IMG/VR virus record: IMGVR_UViG_3300020183_000048
Direction: 5' to 3' (one strand)
Origin: an uncultured virus (IMG/VR IMGVR_UViG_3300020183_000048)
Lineage: Duplodnaviria; Heunggongvirae; Uroviricota; Caudoviricetes
Length of the DNA: 20,000 nucleotides
The notes under the pieces were generated by a model that was given only the letters and a program-made list of their open reading frames with translations, was not told the origin of the DNA and ran no database searches. Both the position numbers and the translations under genes were made by a program. Shown piece after piece: positions 13,739-20,000 of this stretch; positions within the stretch are counted from its first letter, which is position 1; each line of letters begins with the position of its first letter.

Positions 13739-15213
13739 CTTACAACTGGTAGTTGACGGATATACTCTCTTGCATCTTCTACACTATTTGCATACTCATC
13801 TTCAAATAGTTGTTTAACGACATGATTAGTATCAGTGTCTGGCATCCATGCATGGAATGAATTATCAATGATAAGTTGTTCCATCATTTCTTCATTGGTA
13901 TGATACTTATTGATGTACTGTTCAAGTGTATATCCATCATAGATGTCACTATTCAGATTAGCACGAACAAATCGACCTAGGCGTTGAATGTTACCAACTG
14001 TGATGTGTACCTGATCTGATGTTTTTTTGTTTTTTGCATGTACAGACATGTAATGACTTAAGGAAGAAATATCAGTTCCACATACTCCCTTGTATACAAC
14101 AAGCAAATAATGTAAAGGATCTGTTGGATCTTTCATTCGTTCTTTGAGTTCATCTTCAGTGATTCTCTCTCCATCACCATTCAAAGTAAAAGTTTTACAA
14201 CCATCTTTATTCAAGATTGCAATCACATGATCATCCATATCATAATTTGCATATTGAATCAAATCCTGACGCAGTTGTTCATGCATAACCTCTAGTGTCC
14301 AAGGATTAGATCTAGGAGTGTCAATACGAGCGGCACAACTAATCATTGCACACTTTTTAGTGTTTGATTCCTCAATTGAATTTTGATGATGTTTGACAAA
14401 CTCTTTTAGAATGAGACCTGTGTGTTTGACATCATACAGGTTGAAAGAACTAATCCATCCATTTCGTGTAAGAAGATTCTTTTTCGGACACATTTTATTG
14501 GCAATTTTGAATGACAGTCCTTCGGCAGGACGAATTTCACCACGTTGTTCACGATTAGCTGTTGCAGTCATACCGAACACGAACGGACTCTTTTTAGCAA
14601 TATGAGCACAGAATTCAAACAATTTAGCTTCATAAGATCTTGTACCACTATTACCAGTCACCAAATTGTAATTCTCCTGACACGAACACAACCAAGTATG
14701 AGATTCGTCTACCATAACAGAAATCTTGATATCATCAACCATCAGTCGATTGACGAAATCTCTCGTCGCATCACTCGTGATTGCCGCATTTGTCATGGAA
14801 TACACCACAATATAACCTTTTGCAAGGTACTGTTTCTCAATTTTACGCAACTGACTTTTCAGATTGCCAGTTCTTTCCATAGTGGTGACATACTTAATTG
14901 TTTTACCAAGAGTCTGACTCAGATGATCACACGCCTGTTCGAACTTATCGTGTTCAAAACTAGACGTTTCTGGTACAGAATACATCAACAATTGAGGACC
15001 TTCATTGTTGGGAAGATCAATCAGTGTACGAAGGAAACTGTTGGTGTATGCATGAGTTTTACCTTGACCCATTTTACCAACAAAAATAGTCATGGTATGT
15101 CTACGATCATAAAACTTTGGATCGTAAATCTCCAGACAAAAAGGAGTAGTAAGAAAGTCACGATATGGATCCGTGTTCTTCATTGATTGCATATCCTTGA
15201 GTGTAATTGTCAT
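13735..15213 (-). CDS. Superfamily 2 (DExH) helicase/ATPase-like protein (492 aa)
   Basis: Walker A GKMGQGKT, Walker B MVDESH, motif III GMTAT, motif V-like GTDI and motif VI IQRLGRFVR. Confidence 0.82.
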   Translation of the reverse strand: MTITLKDMQSMKNTDPYRDFLTTPFCLEIYDPKFYDRRHTMTIFVGKMGQGKTHAYTNSFLRTLIDLPNNEGPQLLMYSVPETSSFEHDKFEQACDHLSQTLGKTIKYVTTMERTGNLKSQLRKIEKQYLAKGYIVVYSMTNAAITSDATRDFVNRLMVDDIKISVMVDESHTWLCSCQENYNLVTGNSGTRSYEAKLFEFCAHIAKKSPFVFGMTATANREQRGEIRPAEGLSFKIANKMCPKKNLLTRNGWISSFNLYDVKHTGLILKEFVKHHQNSIEESNTKKCAMISCAARIDTPRSNPWTLEVMHEQLRQDLIQYANYDMDDHVIAILNKDGCKTFTLNGDGERITEDELKERMKDPTDPLHYLLVVYKGVCGTDISSLSHYMSVHAKNKKTSDQVHITVGNIQRLGRFVRANLNSDIYDGYTLEQYINKYHTNEEMMEQLIIDNSFHAWMPDTDTNHVVKQLFEDEYANSVEDAREYIRQLPVVR

Positions 15214-15410
15214 TTGAGTTCAGTTAATTCGTATGTAATGTTAATGAGGTCTTGACGGTCTAGGACTTCTATACCGTTCTGTGCAGTATAACACCTCACG
15301 GCGTCAGATGCAAGTCTTAGAATAGCAGCAACAAGTTTTGTTTCAGTATCCGCACCATTCTGTCGTGCGTCCCATACTGCATCCATTAACTGTTGGGCAC
15401 GTTCACTCAT
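15210..15410 (-). CDS. Hypothetical protein (66 aa)
   Basis: ATGA overlaps at both ends. Confidence 0.78.
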   Translation of the reverse strand: MSERAQQLMDAVWDARQNGADTETKLVAAILRLASDAVRCYTAQNGIEVLDRQDLINITYELTELK

Positions 15411-15607
15411 TGTTCTAGCATATCAATGCGATTTTGAATTTCGTACAAGCAATTTGTCGTTTCAATGTTTTCAGCTTCCAATCGATCCACATCTGCTCGT
15501 AGCATGTCCACATCTGCCCTTAGTGCAGACAGAAATTCAGTCAAGCTGACATTTGTCTCAGATAGGTCGTCATGGATTGTAATTCGAATGTTGTCTAGGT
15601 GTTTCAT
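15407..15607 (-). CDS. Coiled-coil hypothetical protein (66 aa)
   Basis: Start reassigned to MKHLDN; LRADVD heptad duplicated; LEAENIETTNCLYEIQN. Confidence 0.68.
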   Translation of the reverse strand: MKHLDNIRITIHDDLSETNVSLTEFLSALRADVDMLRADVDRLEAENIETTNCLYEIQNRIDMLEQ

Positions 15608-15794
15608 GGGGATTTTCAATAAAGATTTCAGTAGTTGTTCCGTCATTCCAATGTCGTATGACACCTGCAATAATGAAACAATTAGTAGTTAAATACGTTG
15701 CAAAAATGATTGTTCTAATCAGTGCGATTTTGTCGGCGACTCGATTTTTTTTGTGTGCCTTTTCTCCGAGTGCTTTTGCCCACAGTCTCCACAT
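15570..15794 (-). CDS. Small membrane protein, cyanophage type (74 aa)
   Basis: MWRLWAKALGEKA...AD.IA.IRT.IF..Y..TN.FI.AGVIRHW motif; one hydrophobic helix; start uncertain. Confidence 0.7.
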   Translation of the reverse strand: MWRLWAKALGEKAHKKNRVADKIALIRTIIFATYLTTNCFIIAGVIRHWNDGTTTEIFIENPHETPRQHSNYNP

Positions 15795-15960
15795 TGTTTG
15801 ACTCCATAACATAATCTTTTTTCGTGAGTTGATGTTGTGAAATGAATTTTTCCGCATCTTCTACGCATTTGAACCAACACACTCGTGGTTCATTTGTTAC
15901 TTCTATACGATATGGAAACTTCTCAAACGGAAACTTTGCGGATGGTGTAAACTCTGTCAT
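15715..15960 (-). CDS. Hypothetical protein (81 aa)
   Basis: ATGA-coupled; FP.E.FPYR and CWF.C...A.K motifs; basic tail overlaps the next gene. Confidence 0.72.
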   Translation of the reverse strand: MTEFTPSAKFPFEKFPYRIEVTNEPRVCWFKCVEDAEKFISQHQLTKKDYVMESNNVETVGKSTRRKGTQKKSSRRQNRTD

Positions 15961-16187
15961 TCAAACTCTCCAGTACGATTTGTATTGGAAGTAACACCTC
16001 GATTTTGAAGTTGCATAATGTTTGAATTTTGTGCATTAAGAATAGAATGAATCTCATTATACTGTGCATCAACCCGTTTTGTCAAGTCTTGCAATTTTTC
16101 GTGTTGTATGATAACAAGGCAGTTTGCTGTGAAGATCCATCCCCACACCAGACACTTGCCAAGATCAGTCATCAGTTTGTCGTTCAT
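15957..16187 (-). CDS. Hypothetical protein with N-terminal hydrophobic segment (76 aa)
   Basis: ORF in a coupled run; start uncertain. Confidence 0.65.
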   Translation of the reverse strand: MNDKLMTDLGKCLVWGWIFTANCLVIIQHEKLQDLTKRVDAQYNEIHSILNAQNSNIMQLQNRGVTSNTNRTGEFE

Positions 16188-16302
16188 GTTCTAATTGTTC
16201 AATGCGGTGTTCTAACTCTACAATTTTATCATATAAATTATGTTCTTTAAAAATCGGTTTATCAGATGGTTTTATAAACCATTTAAACAAAGATAGTATC
16301 AT
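16165..16302 (-). CDS. Small hypothetical protein (45 aa)
   Basis: Manual translation MILSLFKWFIKPSDKPIFKEHNLYDKIVELEHRIEQLEHERQTDD*; ATGA-coupled. Confidence 0.62.
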   Translation of the reverse strand: MILSLFKWFIKPSDKPIFKEHNLYDKIVELEHRIEQLEHERQTDD

Positions 16303-16475
16303 GGTTTTTCCATTGGAATATCTGTGTCTCCTGGAGACATGTCTCCTTTGCCTTGTAGAGATTTGGTCAACAGTTCTGTATACTGTTCGAGATACTTGGT
16401 ATCAAATGCAGGTATACCACTTAAGGTGATTTCGCGGTGCATACGATTCAATTCATTCCATTCGTGGTCATTCAT
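16299..16475 (-). CDS. Small hypothetical protein (58 aa)
   Basis: Manual translation MNDHEWNELNRMHREITLSGIPAFDTKYLEQYTELLTKSLQGKGDMSPGDTDIPMEKP*; GGAG upstream. Confidence 0.7.
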   Translation of the reverse strand: MNDHEWNELNRMHREITLSGIPAFDTKYLEQYTELLTKSLQGKGDMSPGDTDIPMEKP

Positions 16476-16520
16476 GCGGAAGTTTCGCGGAATTTCTCCG
16501 CACTAATGTTTACATTGTTC

Positions 16521-16550
16521 ATTATAACACGGAATGTGCGAAAATCCACA
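16521..16550 (-). promoter_or_regulatory. Extended -10 promoter
   Basis: TGT-TATAAT (16526-16521) in an intergenic gap; weak -35. Confidence 0.55.
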
Positions 16551-16565
16551 CATCTATAGATTTCT

Positions 16566-16727
16566 TCATGTTTGTTGTTCCTGTCTTTGAGTATAAACAG
16601 AATCAAACAATTGATCCAGAATCTCAGAACAGTTCCAATAGTCAGTTCCGTTCAATGCAGTTTTGTCATACTGATACCTGCGTACTGCAGTGTACATCAG
16701 TTTGTATTGTTCTTGTGTAAAATTCAT
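16566..16727 (-). CDS. Small hypothetical protein (53 aa)
   Basis: Manual translation MNFTQEQYKLMYTAVRRYQYDKTALNGTDYWNCSEILDQLFDSVYTQRQEQQT*; ATGA-coupled. Confidence 0.72.
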   Translation of the reverse strand: MNFTQEQYKLMYTAVRRYQYDKTALNGTDYWNCSEILDQLFDSVYTQRQEQQT

Positions 16728-17119
16728 CGTCCTGTCATGTCAACGTATTCTTGTAGTTTACCATGTCGAAAGTGCAATCGCAACCGAGGCCAATCTTCCC
16801 ATTTTCCGTCCCAGTTGGCAGGATACACTTCAATATATTTTGTAATGTAGTGTGGTCGGTATTTACCATGCACACCAGTGGGAATCCATTCATAATTAAG
16901 AAACTTGCGCTTCTCATCATACCGATCATCGGTTTTAGCAATCTCCTCAAATGTATGTGTGTTCATATAGCTTGGTTGCCACAATTGACCAGACGGGTCT
17001 AACCAATAGTCAGTCATTGTGCCACCAATACCATCTTCAATGTCTTTGGTTTGACACACTGTATTTGTAAATTGCTCACCCAAATCATATGATGAGCGAA
17101 AATAGTCGAACATCCCCAT
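16724..17119 (-). CDS. Phage hypothetical protein (131 aa)
   Basis: MGMFDY..S.Y.L...F....CQTKD motif; TAATG-coupled start. Confidence 0.82.
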   Translation of the reverse strand: MGMFDYFRSSYDLGEQFTNTVCQTKDIEDGIGGTMTDYWLDPSGQLWQPSYMNTHTFEEIAKTDDRYDEKRKFLNYEWIPTGVHGKYRPHYITKYIEVYPANWDGKWEDWPRLRLHFRHGKLQEYVDMTGR

Positions 17120-17313
17120 TATACATCCCACTCCCTAGCTTCCCAATCCATTAAGCACATGTTAGTTTGCTCCTTGTCAGTGTAGTTATCGTAGGCATAT
17201 TGACGACACTCTTCTTCGGTGCCCTCAAATAGCATTTCATACATTTTGTGGTCTCCATAGTAGGTTATCTTATATAGACCCCACTCATCGTAGCAATCAG
17301 GAAAGATTGGCAT
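17119..17313 (-). CDS. Hypothetical protein (64 aa)
   Basis: TAATG coupling at both ends (start MPIFP). Confidence 0.75.
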   Translation of the reverse strand: MPIFPDCYDEWGLYKITYYGDHKMYEMLFEGTEEECRQYAYDNYTDKEQTNMCLMDWEAREWDV

Positions 17314-17774
17314 TATACCCACCCCGCAAAACTAAAGATGTATGATAGTCCCCATTCTAACGTATGTGGTGGCAATTCGTCAATATGCTCAAATACAAGA
17401 CGCCTTGCATGTAAAATACGTTCTTTACCGACTGCAAGTAAATTAGCTTTAGATCCTTTGAGAAACTCATTGAAATCTTCTTGATTGTTTTGTTTTGCAC
17501 CAGAGATATACAGTCTTCTCATTTCAGTAAAGAGTTCTGCGGTTTCAGGTGCAAATGTAACCACTTTATCGCCTACAGGTATTTCCATACGTTTCATACA
17601 TCCCATGGAAAACTTCATGGCATTTCTGGTTTCTTCTAATGTTAAGGCGTCTTCATCCTCATCACGAAACTTATACTGAATAATACCATTGGTGCATTCA
17701 ATCACTCTCAACAGAGCGATCTTATCTTTTTCTATATCAGATAGTGCTTGAAATCTTGTGTTCCAGTCGATCAT
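17313..17774 (-). CDS. Hypothetical protein (153 aa)
   Basis: Coupled ORF. Confidence 0.82.
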   Translation of the reverse strand: MIDWNTRFQALSDIEKDKIALLRVIECTNGIIQYKFRDEDEDALTLEETRNAMKFSMGCMKRMEIPVGDKVVTFAPETAELFTEMRRLYISGAKQNNQEDFNEFLKGSKANLLAVGKERILHARRLVFEHIDELPPHTLEWGLSYIFSFAGWV

Positions 17775-18004
17775 AGTTTAAATCCTTTTTTATTTTTTTT
17801 CTTTGGTTCTTTGTGGTCTAGAACCTCAACGTGACTTAAAAAGTTACCACTACGCTCAAACCACCTGCGCTGCACATCTTCATAGTTATCAAAGATAACA
17901 GATTCGCCAGTGCTCGTCACTAATTTATAATCGTGACGAAGATAAGGTTCGTCCGATGTTTGGCGGTAATAACGTGGATCAGAAGGATCAATCAGTTGTG
18001 TCAT
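17771..18004 (-). CDS. Hypothetical protein (77 aa)
   Basis: ATGA-coupled start MTQLID; F/Y.QTSD.PY.RH.Y motif and KGF tail. Confidence 0.78.
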   Translation of the reverse strand: MTQLIDPSDPRYYRQTSDEPYLRHDYKLVTSTGESVIFDNYEDVQRRWFERSGNFLSHVEVLDHKEPKKKNKKGFKL

Positions 18005-18201
18005 AGTTCGCAAGTTTCATTACTGTAGTATACTTTGAGATTATCACCACCAATATTCATGTGGTAAATCTTGCCATCATTTGTATAGATACCAATCCAT
18101 ACATGACGACCTTCTTCCATTGTTTCATAGTGAAACATCTTAACATCTTCCAGCACGATTTCGTCTGGGTTTTTTTCGGAACGAGCATCAAAGTTAATCA
18201 C
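18001..18201 (-). CDS. Hypothetical protein (66 aa, GTG start)
   Basis: GTGA/ATGA overlaps. Confidence 0.75.
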   Translation of the reverse strand: MINFDARSEKNPDEIVLEDVKMFHYETMEEGRHVWIGIYTNDGKIYHMNIGGDNLKVYYSNETCEL

Positions 18202-18590
18202 GATACAAATACCTTAAGTGTGCGTCCATCATCTTGTTGTGATACTTGAACATTAGCGCAGTCATACCGAACAAACTCTCTTCCATCACCAGAAATAACT
18301 TCCACACGATTGATAAGTGGATAAGACTTGATATAGTCTCCGTTTGGTGCTTCATAATCTACATCATCTTCACCTTTGAAGTCCTCATAATCAATTCCAA
18401 GTGATTCTAATGCTTTGTTTTCTGCTTCTCGTTTTGCTGCTTCTTCAAACATTTCATCGGGGTAGGGTTCTTGATTCATCATAAGTTGTCGGATTTTCTC
18501 CTTTCCATATTGTGTGAGTTCTTGTTTTTTACTACGAAGTTCTTCAACTTCTTCTTGAGTCAGATTGACCCAGGGCATATCATCGTTCAT
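18198..18590 (-). CDS. Hypothetical protein (130 aa)
   Basis: ATGA-coupled start MNDDMPW; C-terminal INRVEVI...GREFV.Y...SQQDDGRTLKVF. Confidence 0.78.
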   Translation of the reverse strand: MNDDMPWVNLTQEEVEELRSKKQELTQYGKEKIRQLMMNQEPYPDEMFEEAAKREAENKALESLGIDYEDFKGEDDVDYEAPNGDYIKSYPLINRVEVISGDGREFVRYDCANVQVSQQDDGRTLKVFVS

Positions 18591-18826
18591 CGTGGTGGAG
18601 GACAATATAAGAAATACTTGTATTCGGCAACTTGGTGCGGTGCATATCTTACCACATCACACTCTTTGTACTTATCAACCACTTCAAATGATGATTCTGC
18701 TGGTTTACCACCAGAACTAACATTGATGATTACAAGCATAATTATGATGAATGCAGCAACGACACCACTAGTAGTGAGTGCAGCACGAAGAAACTCTTCG
18801 AGAGCATACTTATCTTCTTGTGTCAT
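18587..18826 (-). CDS. Small membrane protein (79 aa)
   Basis: GVVAAFIIIMLVIINV helix; FEVVDKYK.CDVVRY. Confidence 0.8.
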   Translation of the reverse strand: MTQEDKYALEEFLRAALTTSGVVAAFIIIMLVIINVSSGGKPAESSFEVVDKYKECDVVRYAPHQVAEYKYFLYCPPPR

Positions 18827-19014
18827 TGTGGTGGGGGCATCGTAAGAATTTTAGCGGTTGTTTCTTGATACTTCATAAACGTTTTCAATACTGATTTAAG
18901 TGTGAGTCGCAGTTCTTCTACATTCTCACACTGGTCAATTGTTCTTGCCATTTTTTCATACTCAAACATCTTTGAAGGACTATCAAGTTTGATATTATCT
19001 GGATTTCCTATCAT
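18823..19014 (-). CDS. Hypothetical protein (63 aa)
   Basis: ATGA overlaps; PD.I.L.S.SK.FEYEK.AR.ID motif. Confidence 0.8.
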   Translation of the reverse strand: MIGNPDNIKLDSPSKMFEYEKMARTIDQCENVEELRLTLKSVLKTFMKYQETTAKILTMPPPQ

Positions 19015-19478
19015 TTTTTATAAGACTCTAGTTTAAGTTGAGCACTGAGTAAGTTAACTTTATCTTCAATACAAGTAAGTCGTTCCTCAATAGTATCTAT
19101 ATAATTCTCATCAATTGCTTCTTTCTTTGCTGAATAGGGATCAATCGTTGCCATAGTTCCTTGTAGTGAATTGAGTAGTGGTTCGTCGAATAACATAGAA
19201 TTTCTGTAGGTCAAGCTTCCAGTGCGATACCATTCTAAGTTGCGTGGTTTGAAATGTAATAGGTTGAAGCGAATCTCAAACTTTCTGTATCGGATTGAGA
19301 TACCAAATAAATCATGTGGACCAATACCAAACAGAATGGATGGAAACCATTCAGTAGCAGGAAACTCATCCCATTGCACTACACAATCAATGAATGCAAA
19401 CTTAGGATAGTTTGAGAGCACATGGAAATACCATTCGTGCCCATAATCTTCGTAGTAGACGTAATCAAAGAGTTTCAT
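19011..19478 (-). CDS. Hypothetical protein (155 aa)
   Basis: ATGA overlaps at both ends. Confidence 0.75.
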   Translation of the reverse strand: MKLFDYVYYEDYGHEWYFHVLSNYPKFAFIDCVVQWDEFPATEWFPSILFGIGPHDLFGISIRYRKFEIRFNLLHFKPRNLEWYRTGSLTYRNSMLFDEPLLNSLQGTMATIDPYSAKKEAIDENYIDTIEERLTCIEDKVNLLSAQLKLESYKK

Positions 19479-19801
19479 TTGTCTTTACCATTAAGAATCT
19501 TGTCAGCATCAGTGTGATAGAAATCCATTGGTTTATTCTTATTAAGCAACTGCAACACATATCCTTCAAAATCAGTAGAATCTGATTCGTAGATGACATG
19601 ACCGTGGTTGTTGTCACTCTCGGTATAGTTACCAAGATAATCAGCAAAGGTTAGAAATACTGCCATAGCACGAGATTTGTCATGCTCTGTGAGTGTTTTG
19701 TGTGGGTGTGCAATGATACACATAATCACATTGAATAACTCTTTCAGCGTATAAGAAAACGCTGGTGCCTCTTCATTCAGTTTTAGCAAATTGCTGGTCA
19801 T
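19475..19801 (-). CDS. Hypothetical protein (108 aa)
   Basis: Start reassigned to MTSNLL with GGAGG RBS. Confidence 0.78.
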   Translation of the reverse strand: MTSNLLKLNEEAPAFSYTLKELFNVIMCIIAHPHKTLTEHDKSRAMAVFLTFADYLGNYTESDNNHGHVIYESDSTDFEGYVLQLLNKNKPMDFYHTDADKILNGKDK

Positions 19802-19802
19802 T

Positions 19803-20000
19803 TCAACCTCCTCCGAAAACATAATTAATAACACCTGCGGGATGATTGATGTTTTCAATCACCTGAAATGTCGCATCCTTAAAATCTGTTTGTGCGTCAA
19901 TAATCTCACCACCTGACCACATCTCATAATGCTCAAACTTTTTCACATAAATCTCTTCACAATGAGACATAGATTCAGCAGCAATTACACACATTCCACG
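19803..20000 (-). CDS. Hypothetical protein, probably 5'-truncated by the window edge
   Basis: Frame stays open to the window end; ends ..VINYVFGGG*. Confidence 0.65.
   Translation of the reverse strand, partial: RGMCVIAAESMSHCEEIYVKKFEHYEMWSGGEIIDAQTDFKDATFQVIENINHPAGVINYVFGGG

Noticed and set aside
16165..16302. Possible frameshift at the TTTTTAAAG run
   Set aside because: Recounting shows one open 45-aa frame; no shift is needed.
4629..16950. Nested minus-strand ORFs 4629-4835, 13342-13587 and 16735-16950
   Set aside because: Out-of-frame ORFs wholly inside better-supported genes.
59..19647. All plus-strand ORFs in the track, including 7096-7518, 7187-7864, 3547-3924 and 14545-15186
   Set aside because: They are antisense shadows of coupled minus-strand genes, with no recognisable motifs. 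Long ones are expected in GC-rich or codon-biased DNA.

Overview
A 20-kb segment of a T4-like myovirus, most likely a cyanophage (inferred from gene types and order). Essentially every credible gene is on the minus strand. (1) 1-6860 is an AT-rich late/structural block: partial baseplate wedge gp6, gp25, small ORFs, an ATP-grasp-like ORF, a PAAR (gp5.4-like) protein with a long Pro-rich repeat tail, a 790-aa virion-type protein and a His/Cys-rich protein. (2) About 6980-11870 is an abruptly GC-rich array of over 20 tiny ORFs. It is punctuated by nine related sigma70-type promoter cassettes and closed by an intrinsic terminator. Most cassettes carry a GC hairpin, and six carry an imperfect GTG(A/C/G)CAG...CTGT(C)CAC palindrome that contains the stop codon of the upstream gene. 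This looks like a modular, probably early-expressed cassette array and is the most interesting part of the window. (3) 12550-13110 is gene-free, with divergent promoters, TAA-rich tracts and TTTTCCACA-type boxes (candidate replication origin). A DUF4385-like gene and an SF2 helicase-like gene lie next to it. (4) 15200-20000 is a run of translationally coupled small hypothetical genes. No tRNA, rRNA, CRISPR array or integrase was seen. Family assignments come from motif recognition by eye, not from database searches.
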